The translations under genes were made by a program, and so were the position numbers. A DNA stretch of 64,000 nt from Bacteroidales bacterium (GTDB taxonomy: Bacteria; Bacteroidota; Bacteroidia; Bacteroidales; UBA4181), in NCBI GenBank assembly GCA_031551645.1, contig JAVBNI010000069.1, positions 19,759 to 83,758 of the forward strand. Direction: 5' to 3'. The notes under the pieces were generated by a model. The model was given only the letters and a program-made list of their open reading frames with translations, was not told where the DNA came from and ran no database searches. This document shows, piece after piece, positions 9,250 to 18,464 of the stretch; positions within the stretch are counted from its first letter, which is position 1, and each line of letters starts with the position of its first letter.

Positions 9250-9477
9250 ATGAAATTTATTACATTCAGGAAGATTGGCTTATTCATTCTTGTATCATTG
9301 TTTATAGCGGTAGCTATAAATGTTCGTATAACGTATATGGCAGATGACGACATAGGGATTATGCTCACTAATGTTGAAGCCCTTGCACGGGGTGAAGGCG
9401 ACGGAGAAACTGGTTGCGGAGGATCAGGCAGTGTTTCCTGCAATGGAGGTTCGTATGCATGGAAAAATAGCAGATAG
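9250..9477 (+). CDS. NVEALA-family small protein (75 aa): signal-anchor, NVEALA motif, Gly/Cys-rich tail
   Basis: The literal motif LTNVEALARGE follows an N-terminal hydrophobic segment. The C-terminal tail is GDGETGCGGSGSVSCNGGSYAWKNSR. Confidence 0.75.
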   Translation: MKFITFRKIGLFILVSLFIAVAINVRITYMADDDIGIMLTNVEALARGEGDGETGCGGSGSVSCNGGSYAWKNSR

Positions 9478-10483
9478 AGGATTTTTCCTGCTTTTTATCC
9501 TTCTTGTAATTGCTGTTTCCTGTTCAGAAAAAGGTAATCATTACACTGGCTTTCCCGAAACGGTAAGCGTTGTAACCCGGAAAACTGGTTTTGATACGGT
9601 GTATGTGCGTTATCCTTACAGGATCAGGTTGGTTGACTCATCCCTTTACATGATGGATTTGCATGGAGGCGATTATCATTGCCATGAATTTGCATACCCG
9701 TCGATGAAGCTCAAAAAGTCTTTTGCTAAAAAAGGCAAGGGAGTGAATGAAGTGCCGAGTGTTAGCAATATGGCCGTTAACAGCGAAGGAAATCTATTTA
9801 TTTTAAGTGGCTACGGAAGAAAAATCTATACTTATGATAGGGATAACGGTTTGATCAAACCGATAGTGGAATTATCGGACGATATTCTTTATTACCCCGA
9901 TTTTGTATTATACAATGACTCTACGTTCATTATTCCCGACTTTTACGGCAAATGCCGGTTATTTGTTACAGATCATCACGGTAAAATCATACGTCAATTG
10001 GGAGTTATTCCCGATAAGGACAAGAATATTCCCGATGCTCTTTTAGGTCAGGCTTGGCGGCCATTTATCGGCTACAACCCTCATAACGGGATTGTAGCCG
10101 TTGTAACTCAATTCGGGGAAGTGATTGAAATATACGACTTGTTCAACGACAAGTATATCCTGAAAACAGGTCCGGGCGGCGAACCAAAATGCAAATATAA
10201 AGGCAGTGAAGCCTATCCGATAGGCATCATGGGATACGGCGATGTCTATGTAGGAGAAAAATATATTTATGCTCTTTTTTGGGGTTGGGAATATGAGAAA
10301 TTACCGCAAGGTAAAATTACTTACCAAGGAGGCAACTATATTCATGTATTTGATTTGGAAGGCAACCCCGTGCGTAGATATGAAATTGATCGGCACATCA
10401 CGGGGTTGTTCGTCGATGAAACACGTGGCGAGGTTCTCGGAACAGATGTAAATGAAGAGGAACTAATTTCTTTCGACCTTTAG
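9455..10483 (+). CDS. 6-bladed beta-propeller lipoprotein (BF3164-like family)
   Basis: Starting at ATG 9455 (or 9443) gives MHGKIADRGFFLLFILLVIAVSC, a lipoprotein signal. The gene overlaps the NVEALA gene. The body resembles propeller lipoproteins commonly adjacent to NVEALA genes. Confidence 0.65.
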   Translation: MHGKIADRGFFLLFILLVIAVSCSEKGNHYTGFPETVSVVTRKTGFDTVYVRYPYRIRLVDSSLYMMDLHGGDYHCHEFAYPSMKLKKSFAKKGKGVNEVPSVSNMAVNSEGNLFILSGYGRKIYTYDRDNGLIKPIVELSDDILYYPDFVLYNDSTFIIPDFYGKCRLFVTDHHGKIIRQLGVIPDKDKNIPDALLGQAWRPFIGYNPHNGIVAVVTQFGEVIEIYDLFNDKYILKTGPGGEPKCKYKGSEAYPIGIMGYGDVYVGEKYIYALFWGWEYEKLPQGKITYQGGNYIHVFDLEGNPVRRYEIDRHITGLFVDETRGEVLGTDVNEEELISFDL

Positions 10484-10710
10484 GCAATAAGTTCTCGACA
10501 TAAATTAGTAATAGGGGGGTACCAGGACAGGTTTTACTTTTTTTGACACATTGCAAAGGAGAAGTTTTTACTATATTTTTACCTGTATTTTACGGTTAAA
10601 AGTTAAATAACGTTAAATTTTATTAAAAAATATACTTCCTGTATTTCTTCCCGCTCAAAAACACAACCCTTTTATTTAACTTATAATCATATAATTATGA
10701 AAAGTAAAAA

Positions 10711-10857
10711 TAGCCCTGTCGGGACTTATATACAACCGATTTTGTTATCCTACCGATATTTTGTGCCTGACGGTACGCCTGAAAATGTCCCGTATTGGAC
10801 AAAATAAAGGTAAAATAAGTCAACGTGTTTTTAGAGTCCCATATGGGACGACATATT
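10711..10857. repeat. multi-hairpin repeat, family C (inverted copy of 40898-40995)
   Basis: The reverse complement of 10711-10800 aligns at roughly 90 percent to 40898-40990. It contains the hairpins GTGCC-TGAC-GGTAC and GTCCC-ATAT-GGGAC. Confidence 0.75.
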
Positions 10858-10934
10858 TTTAGATGAGACAATTTTTGGGTATAGTATCAAACATCTTTAT
10901 ACATATTTGTGTAAATCATTAAAATAAACAAATC

Positions 10935-12968
10935 ATGACCTGTGTAACCAGATTTAACTTTTTGATCATTTTTTTCTTTTTATTTATGGATCAGATATCC
11001 GCTAATGATCATTTCAATTACCAGAACAACCGTTATCCGTTAATGCGTAAACCCTACATGGAGTTACCTTTGGGAAGCATCAAGGCCAAAGGTTGGTTGC
11101 TCGAAATGCTCGAACGGCAGAAAAAAGGAGCTTCCGGACAAATGGATGTCCTGTATCCCGAAGTCATGGGGTCGCGAAATGGCTGGCTTGGCGGAGATGG
11201 CGACCAGTGGGAACGCGGCCCCTATTGGATCGATGGCTTGTTGCCTTTGGCTTATATTCTCGACGACCAAGTTCTGAAAAACAAGGTGCAACCGTGGGTG
11301 GAATGGGCGCTCAACAGTCAACGCGAAGATGGATACTTCGGTCCGGCCAAGGATTATGGACCTGAACCCGGTCTGCAACGTAGTAATTCAGCCGATTGGT
11401 GGCCGCGGATGGTTGTATTGAAGATTTTACAGCAATACCATTCAGCGACCGGCGATCAACGGGTGGTGGATTTTATGACCAAATATTTCCGTTATCAGTT
11501 GGAAGCACTTCCTTCCTCGCCACTTGGTAAATGGACATTCTGGGCGGAATATCGCGCCTGCGACAATTTGCAGGCGGTATACTGGCTCTACAACATCACC
11601 GGCGAACCGTTTTTGCTCGAGCTGGGTAACTTGCTTCACAAACAAAGCTATGATTACGTTGAAATGTTTCTCAATCGTGACGACCTTACCCGATTCAATA
11701 CGATACATTGTGTCAACCTGGCCCAGGGGATCAAGGAGCCTGTGATCTACTACCAGCAAAAGCCCGATCAAATATACCTTGATGCTGTAAAAAAAGCTTT
11801 TTCCGATATCAGGCAATACAATGGCCAGCCTCAAGGTATGTATGGTGGTGACGAAGGCCTGCACGGGAACAGTCCGACACGGGGTTCGGAGTTATGCTCG
11901 GCTGTGGAATTGATGTTCTCGCTGGAGAAAATGATGGAAATTACCGGCGATCTTTCCTTTGCCGATCATTTGGAAAGGATTGCGTTCAATGCCCTGCCGA
12001 CGCAAATTTCGGACGATTACATGACCAAACAGTATTTCCAGCAGGCCAATCAGGTGTTGATCACCCGTCATGCGCGTAATTTCTATGAAGACGCAAATCA
12101 TGGCGGTACCGATGTCGCATTCGGTCTGCTTACCGGATATCCTTGCTGTGCATCAAACATGCACCAGGGTTGGCCCAAGTATACCCAAAATCTTTGGTAC
12201 GCTACGCCTGATAATGGATTGGCTGCACTGGCGTATTCACCGTCTGAGGTTACCGCCAAAGTGGGAAATGGCTCTACGGTGAAAATTACGGAAGATACTT
12301 ATTATCCAATGGATGACAAGATTGTATTCACCATCCGGATACAGGATGGTAAATCCCAGGAAGTGACATTTCCGCTTCACTTGCGTATCCCGGGATGGTG
12401 CAAAAATGCCGAAGTTTCGGTCAATGGCGTTCAGGAGAAAACTACCGAAGGAGGAAATGTAACCATACTGCGCCGTACATGGAAAAACGGAGATCGCGTG
12501 GAATTATACTTGCCCATGGAAGTTGCGGTGAGCCGGTGGTATGAAAATTCGGTAGCTGTGGAACGAGGACCGTTGGTATATGGTCTGCAGATGGTGGAAC
12601 AATGGAAAAAGAAAGAATTTTCCAAAGACGAAGTTACTCGTTATGGAAAATTCTATTTTGAAGTAACGTCGCCCACCAAATGGAACTACGGCATTGTAGC
12701 TTTTTCTCCCGATAAGATAAAAGAACATTTCGAGGTTACGGTAGATTCCCAAAAGCAAAAATCTGCCTTCCCATGGAATCTTGAAAATGCTCCAATAAAG
12801 ATTAAAGTAAAGGCCAAGCAAATACCAACGTGGCAATTATACAACGATATGACCGGCCCGTTGCCATACTCTATCAACCGGAGCGATATGCCGGTGGAGG
12901 AGATTACGCTGATACCTTATGGATGCACTACGTTGCGGGTGAGTGAATTTCCGTTGGTGCGGCCATAA
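10935..12968 (+). CDS. DUF1680 / GH127-related beta-L-arabinofuranosidase-like glycoside hydrolase
   Basis: A signal peptide is present. The motifs ELCSAVE and GYPCCASNMHQGWPKY are analogous to the Cys-rich catalytic motifs of GH127/GH146. Confidence 0.65.
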   Translation: MTCVTRFNFLIIFFFLFMDQISANDHFNYQNNRYPLMRKPYMELPLGSIKAKGWLLEMLERQKKGASGQMDVLYPEVMGSRNGWLGGDGDQWERGPYWIDGLLPLAYILDDQVLKNKVQPWVEWALNSQREDGYFGPAKDYGPEPGLQRSNSADWWPRMVVLKILQQYHSATGDQRVVDFMTKYFRYQLEALPSSPLGKWTFWAEYRACDNLQAVYWLYNITGEPFLLELGNLLHKQSYDYVEMFLNRDDLTRFNTIHCVNLAQGIKEPVIYYQQKPDQIYLDAVKKAFSDIRQYNGQPQGMYGGDEGLHGNSPTRGSELCSAVELMFSLEKMMEITGDLSFADHLERIAFNALPTQISDDYMTKQYFQQANQVLITRHARNFYEDANHGGTDVAFGLLTGYPCCASNMHQGWPKYTQNLWYATPDNGLAALAYSPSEVTAKVGNGSTVKITEDTYYPMDDKIVFTIRIQDGKSQEVTFPLHLRIPGWCKNAEVSVNGVQEKTTEGGNVTILRRTWKNGDRVELYLPMEVAVSRWYENSVAVERGPLVYGLQMVEQWKKKEFSKDEVTRYGKFYFEVTSPTKWNYGIVAFSPDKIKEHFEVTVDSQKQKSAFPWNLENAPIKIKVKAKQIPTWQLYNDMTGPLPYSINRSDMPVEEITLIPYGCTTLRVSEFPLVRP

Positions 12969-13006
12969 AAGAGAGCATTTGTTGCCGGTAATCTGAATGA
13001 TTCATG

Positions 13007-13042
13007 TAGCCCTGTCAGCGGTCTTGATCCTGACAGTGGCTA
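13007..13042. terminator. hairpin between convergent genes (TAGCCCTGTCAG ... CTGACAGTGGCTA)
   Basis: An inverted repeat lies between the stop at 12968 (+) and the stop at 13090 (-). Confidence 0.4.
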
Positions 13043-13089
13043 AATGTTTGATACATATCTATGTAAAATGGATCAAAATTCATAGCATA

Positions 13090-13638
13090 TCAAAAAATAA
13101 TCCCGGAGAGGTTGTTCAGCGCCTTTTTCAGAATTTTTAAAGCCCGGTAAATTTGTGTTTCCACCGTTCTAACCGAGATATTCAACGCCTGTGCGATTTC
13201 ATTGTGACTTAATCCTTCGAAGCGGCTTTTACGGAAAATAATCCGGCACTGTTCGGGGAGATTTTCCACCACTTGCTCTATATGTTCCTGCATGATATCG
13301 GCAGCAAGCTGCTCGAAAAAACTATCATATTGAGTTTCCATTTCCATTAATTGCATGGCAGCATTTTCCAGGTACTTTTTTTCAACCTTTTGCCGTTGTA
13401 AATAATTGATACAACTGTTGTGTGCCAACCGCAACAAATAGGAATGCAATGGAACTGAAAAGTCAATGTTGCTGCGGTGATCCCATACATTCAGGAAGAT
13501 ATCCTGGATGATATCGCGTACAGCCTCTTCGTCCTTCACATATTTTTTGCAGAAAGAAGCCAACACCGGATAAAAGAGCCTGAACATCGACTCCAATACG
13601 ATGATACTTTCATCATGATGCGTAGAGCGGATTTTCAT
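13090..13638 (-). CDS. RNA polymerase ECF-type sigma-70 factor
   Basis: A region 2-like segment (DIIQDIFLNVW) and a region 4 HTH (LSHNEIAQALNISVRTVETQIYRALKILK) are present. Confidence 0.85.
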   Translation of the reverse strand: MKIRSTHHDESIIVLESMFRLFYPVLASFCKKYVKDEEAVRDIIQDIFLNVWDHRSNIDFSVPLHSYLLRLAHNSCINYLQRQKVEKKYLENAAMQLMEMETQYDSFFEQLAADIMQEHIEQVVENLPEQCRIIFRKSRFEGLSHNEIAQALNISVRTVETQIYRALKILKKALNNLSGIIF

Positions 13639-13747
13639 TTAGACATATTGTCTTGAAGATAAAAACATTGACAAATGTAAAAATCATTTCGCAGAAAAAA
13701 ATATAATTTTTTACCGGATGTGTAAGTAGTTTGCCGGAGTAGATTGT

Positions 13748-14785
13748 GTGTATTGTATAAAACCCCAAAACGTGGCTAAAATAAATATCACAATCATCGA
13801 ACGCAACATAATCGGGAATGCTTCCGGCGAAGAACAAAAAATTCTTCATTCGTGGCTGTGTACCGACAAGTCGAATCGCGATGCTTATTTCCGTATGAAA
13901 AATATTTGGGATAGTTGTCGCATCAAAGGTTACTCGCAGGATACCATTCGCCGGGAATGGGAATTACTGGCAAACAGGATCAAAACTGTTGAAATAAAAC
14001 ACAGACATCCGGTTAATCGCCGTAAAAAGATATTCTTACAACCCTGGTTACGATATGCCGCCATATTTATCATTGCATCGGCTATTACCTGGGGTATTTC
14101 CCGGTTGGGACATATTCCCGGTAAAACAGATCCACTACAGGCAGTTTATCAGCAAATCATAGTACCCAACGGACAGCGGACACAAGTGGAATTGTCCGAC
14201 GGAACTAAGGTATGGCTCAACGCAGGAACCACCTTGAGATATCCGATGGATTTCGGGGTCAATAATCGGCAGGTAATGTTAGAAGGCGAAGCCGGTTTTG
14301 AAGTAACTACCACCGGATTACCGTTTACTGTAACAGCAGGCAAGATGCGGATCACAGTACTCGGAACGCACTTTAATGTACGTAACTATGCTACCGAGAA
14401 CTATGTGGAAACTTCATTATTTGAAGGTTCCGTGGTAATAAACGATTCCCGGGAAGAACTTATACTGAAACCCGGCCAGATTGCCGTATACCGGAAAGAC
14501 CGGGGACAGACAACCGTGCAATCCGATCCTGAAATCGAAAGCAAATCGGCATGGAACAATCATCAACTTATTATCAAAGGGGAACGGCTCGGATACATCG
14601 CCCAAACGTTAGAACGGTGGTATGACGTTAAAATAACCATTACTGATGATTATCTGAAAGAACAACGGTATACGGGAAAATTTGTATACAACGAAAATAT
14701 CGGGCAGGTGATGAAAGTGATTAGTGCAACCACACCGATCCGGTATGAAATTAATGGCAGGCAAGTCACCATTTTTAAAAAATAA
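13748..14785 (+). CDS. FecR-family anti-sigma factor (start codon uncertain, GTG 13748 or 13772)
   Basis: There is an N-terminal anti-sigma segment (GNASGEEQKILHSWL), one TM segment, and FecR and C-terminal DUF4974-like regions. No ATG is available upstream of the conserved N-terminus. Confidence 0.8.
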   Translation: MYCIKPQNVAKINITIIERNIIGNASGEEQKILHSWLCTDKSNRDAYFRMKNIWDSCRIKGYSQDTIRREWELLANRIKTVEIKHRHPVNRRKKIFLQPWLRYAAIFIIASAITWGISRLGHIPGKTDPLQAVYQQIIVPNGQRTQVELSDGTKVWLNAGTTLRYPMDFGVNNRQVMLEGEAGFEVTTTGLPFTVTAGKMRITVLGTHFNVRNYATENYVETSLFEGSVVINDSREELILKPGQIAVYRKDRGQTTVQSDPEIESKSAWNNHQLIIKGERLGYIAQTLERWYDVKITITDDYLKEQRYTGKFVYNENIGQVMKVISATTPIRYEINGRQVTIFKK

Positions 14786-14956
14786 AGGAGGTAGAATGGC
14801 AAACAGATAAAAGTAGGAATCACAGGTCTTAAAGACCAAAAAAGCCGGAAAATACTGCGAATATTTTCCGGCGGATAAATGAGCAAACAATCATAAACCC
14901 GCATCATGCTCTTAACATAAGAATGCGGGAAGTAACCCATTTAAAAACACAAATAT

Positions 14957-17900
14957 ATGCAAAATTTATTAAAACTGATTAGAATTATGAAGCTTGGCTT
15001 TATTCTGATAATGGCATCGTTACTACATGTGACCGCATCGGTTTATTCGCAAACCGCTACAATTGTTCTTGACGAACGGCAAGCAACTATTGCAGATGTT
15101 TTTGATGCTATTGAAAAACAAACGGAATACAAAATTTTTTATAAAAACGATCAGCTGGATATAAACCATCTGTCTGGTATTAGATCGGGTAAAGTAACAG
15201 TAAAGGATGCCCTTTCGGATATATTCCGTAACAGCGGTTGCGGATATACCATGTTCGACAGGGTGATTGTGGTGGTACCCAGAAATGAAACATTACGACA
15301 GGGTATTGCGGTCTCCGGAACCATTATCGACGAAACAGGTATTCCCATGCCGGGAGTGAATGTTACGATAAAAGGTTCCCTGACAGGGGTGGCCTCGGAT
15401 ATGAACGGGAAATACACCATTACGGTTCCCGACCGGAACACGGTACTTTCATTTTCTTTTATAGGTTACGCTACTCGTGAATTAGTCGTCGGAGAACAAA
15501 CACTGATCAATGTAACACTTATTGAAGATACCCGTGAAATTGAAGAAGTGGTGGTCGTTGGATACGGATCGGCCAGGAAAAGTGATATAACGGGAGCTAT
15601 AGTAAAATTAAAATCAAGTGAATTTAAGAATTTTCCTATTAGTACACTTCATAATGCTTTACAGGGGCAGGTTGCTGGAGTGTCAGTAGTGGCAAACAGT
15701 GGAGCTCCCGGCGATGGCAAAACAGTACGTATCAGGGGGGTCGGGACAATGAATGATAATAACCCACTTTATGTAATAGATGGGGTGCCAACTGAAAATG
15801 GTATCTACATGATTGATGCCAACGATATCGAGTCTATTGAAGTCCTGAAAGACGCATCGGCTGCTGCAATATACGGTATCAGAGCAGCAAATGGAGTTAT
15901 CCTGGTTACCACTAAAAGGGGTAATTTCACAGGCGAGGACCGTTTCAGTTCCAAGATATCTGCCAACATAACCCAAGGCGTCAGCACCACCATCAAAAAT
16001 ATGAAGATGCTCAATGCCAAGGGATATATTGATCAATACGTGCGGGCATATAAAGGAAATGAAGGAGCTATGAATCCCTTATACAATGATCCGGACGCTT
16101 TGCTGCAGGAAGCACAGATGCTGACCGGCAGCAGCGAAGGAACTAACTGGTGGAATGAGATTACCCGGCCGGCATACCAGTCAAATTATAGTATCCAGGT
16201 TACAGGTTCATCCAAAAATATAGCTTCTTCCATAAGCGCCGCATATTTTAACCAAGATGGAGTTGTCAAAGGGTCTGAATATGAACGTTTCAATCTTAGG
16301 TCAGGATTGGATATCAAGCCTGTTCAACAGTTGAAGGTAACACTGAATCTTAATTTGTCAAAAGAAAAGATTAAAAATCTTGAAACCAGCAGCGATGGTT
16401 TTGTGATGCCTATTTTACTGGCCATGCAATTGGATCCGCTTTCGCCTGTCACATACACACCTTATTTGACCGATCCTGTCAAATATGCCAATATGCTGAA
16501 AGGTTATGATCCTTCCAATCCGTATAGTCTATACGCTCCGACAAGATATTCCACCTTGAAGAATCCCATGGGAGTCATCCAGCGTTCGCAAGAAACCGGG
16601 AATGCTCCGCTGAGAGCTTTGGGAAATGCAGCAGTGACATTCACACCTATCCAGGGATTGGATTTTACGACTAATTTCAGCTTAGACATTGCCAATGTTG
16701 AATATTCATCATTTGTTCCCAAGTACAATGTTAATTCTACTATCAATACGAGCGATAGAAATACGCTTAGTACAATCACCCAAAGTTCGACTCTATATAC
16801 AACTTGGTTATGGGAAAATACCATTCAGTACATGCGGGAAATTGATAAACATCGTTTCACTATTCTGGGTGGTTTCACCATGCAGGAAAACGCAAGCCAG
16901 TATGCAGGCGGCATGAAAGCAAATATATTGGGATTCCGAGAGGAAAACAAATGGATAGATGCGGCAAGTGATACATATGCTGCTTTTGGTAGTAAAACTA
17001 GGACAGCCATGATGTCGGTACTGGGGCGGTTGAATTATAATTATGCCGACAAATATTTGTTTACAGGAACTATTCGCGCCGATGGGTCTTCCCAATTCGC
17101 AAAAGAAAAACGGTGGAGTGTTTTTCCATCCTTCTCTGTTGGATGGCGAATCGATAAGGAAAATTTTTTCCAACCGGTGACAGAAGCCTTGGATTTAAGT
17201 ATCCTGAAATTCCGTGCGGGCTGGGGGCTATTAGGTAACGACCGTTTACGCGGCGCCCACCGAAATGTATATACAAGTACCATGTCCACAAGCAATGCAA
17301 CAAGTGCCGTATGGGGAAACAGCATTAATCCCGGGTATATTATCGACTCTAAGCTGGCTAATCCTGAAATACAATGGGAAATGACTGAGCAGATCAACTT
17401 CGGGCTCGAAGCAGGTTTATGGGATCGTTTAATATCACTGGAAATAGATTATTATATTCGAAATACGCGCGACATGATCGTAGATTATGTGCCTGTTCCT
17501 TCTTTTGTAGGTGGCGTGTCTTCTACGGTGATGAATATGGCTACTGTCAAGAATACAGGCATAGAAGGGAGCATCAACTATTCGCCCCGTGTAAAGCAGG
17601 CTCCCATGACATTTAAACTGATCTTGTCACACAGCCGGAACAAAGTGACGGATTATGGCGATTTGCCGGCCTTTAATGGCAGTTGGCATGCGAGTATCGG
17701 CAATTTGACGAGGGTCGATAAAGGGTTGCCCATAGGTTGTTTCTGGGGCTATAAAACCAATGGCATCATTCAAAGCGCCGACGAGTTGAACAAGCCGGAA
17801 ATGGCACACATGAAAGCCTTGGGAGCGCAACCCGGAGACTTGATATTTATGGATATTGCCCGGAAAGATGCTGACGGCAAGATTGTTTATGAACCTGACG

Positions 17901-18445
17901 GGAAACTGGATGAATCGGATAAAACCCAGATAGGCACCGCTATTCCCGACCTGACTTTAGGGTTCAAATATGATGTGTCCTATAAACGTTTTGATTTTTC
18001 GATGTTCTGGCAAGGCTCATTCGGAAATGACATTTTAAACCTGAGTAAATTATATACACATCAAGGCTCGGGTCAATACAATTCGATCGATGACCTGCTG
18101 GATATTGCATGGTCGGAGACAAACCGGAATACCGGGCAATTCGGGATTAGCTACCGGAACAATGATAATACGACTTCGGGAAACAATGTAAAAAAATTGT
18201 CGGAGTGGTATATCGAAGACGGGGGTTATTTCCGTCTGAAGCATCTGCAGATAGGATACACCGTGCCTGTAAAGCAGAAAGCCTCGATACGGGTATTTGT
18301 TGCGGCGCATAACCTGGTTACATTTACCAAATATTCGGGATTGGATCCCGAAATAGGGACCAATGATCCGGTGAACTTTGGAATTGACAGGGCGGCCTAT
18401 CCTCAGGCAAAGACCTATATCATGGGACTGAATTTGAATTTTTAA
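14957..18445 (+). CDS. SusC/RagA-family TonB-dependent outer membrane transporter with N-terminal STN signalling domain
   Basis: The 1162-aa protein has an STN-like N-terminus, a carboxypeptidase-regulatory-like domain (VSGTIIDETGIPMPGVNVTIKG), the TonB-box region EEVVVVGYGS and a C-terminal beta-barrel ending in NLNF. Confidence 0.9.
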   Translation: MQNLLKLIRIMKLGFILIMASLLHVTASVYSQTATIVLDERQATIADVFDAIEKQTEYKIFYKNDQLDINHLSGIRSGKVTVKDALSDIFRNSGCGYTMFDRVIVVVPRNETLRQGIAVSGTIIDETGIPMPGVNVTIKGSLTGVASDMNGKYTITVPDRNTVLSFSFIGYATRELVVGEQTLINVTLIEDTREIEEVVVVGYGSARKSDITGAIVKLKSSEFKNFPISTLHNALQGQVAGVSVVANSGAPGDGKTVRIRGVGTMNDNNPLYVIDGVPTENGIYMIDANDIESIEVLKDASAAAIYGIRAANGVILVTTKRGNFTGEDRFSSKISANITQGVSTTIKNMKMLNAKGYIDQYVRAYKGNEGAMNPLYNDPDALLQEAQMLTGSSEGTNWWNEITRPAYQSNYSIQVTGSSKNIASSISAAYFNQDGVVKGSEYERFNLRSGLDIKPVQQLKVTLNLNLSKEKIKNLETSSDGFVMPILLAMQLDPLSPVTYTPYLTDPVKYANMLKGYDPSNPYSLYAPTRYSTLKNPMGVIQRSQETGNAPLRALGNAAVTFTPIQGLDFTTNFSLDIANVEYSSFVPKYNVNSTINTSDRNTLSTITQSSTLYTTWLWENTIQYMREIDKHRFTILGGFTMQENASQYAGGMKANILGFREENKWIDAASDTYAAFGSKTRTAMMSVLGRLNYNYADKYLFTGTIRADGSSQFAKEKRWSVFPSFSVGWRIDKENFFQPVTEALDLSILKFRAGWGLLGNDRLRGAHRNVYTSTMSTSNATSAVWGNSINPGYIIDSKLANPEIQWEMTEQINFGLEAGLWDRLISLEIDYYIRNTRDMIVDYVPVPSFVGGVSSTVMNMATVKNTGIEGSINYSPRVKQAPMTFKLILSHSRNKVTDYGDLPAFNGSWHASIGNLTRVDKGLPIGCFWGYKTNGIIQSADELNKPEMAHMKALGAQPGDLIFMDIARKDADGKIVYEPDGKLDESDKTQIGTAIPDLTLGFKYDVSYKRFDFSMFWQGSFGNDILNLSKLYTHQGSGQYNSIDDLLDIAWSETNRNTGQFGISYRNNDNTTSGNNVKKLSEWYIEDGGYFRLKHLQIGYTVPVKQKASIRVFVAAHNLVTFTKYSGLDPEIGTNDPVNFGIDRAAYPQAKTYIMGLNLNF

Positions 18446-18464
18446 CTTAACAGATTTCAATATT

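Noticed and set aside
9371-9454. The upstream start (9371) for the propeller lipoprotein ORF. Similar N-terminal extensions occur at 20057, 32794, 30184 and 40840.
   Set aside because: In each case an internal ATG immediately precedes a canonical signal peptide or lipobox, or a conserved N-terminus. The extension overlaps an upstream gene, a hairpin or a repeat.
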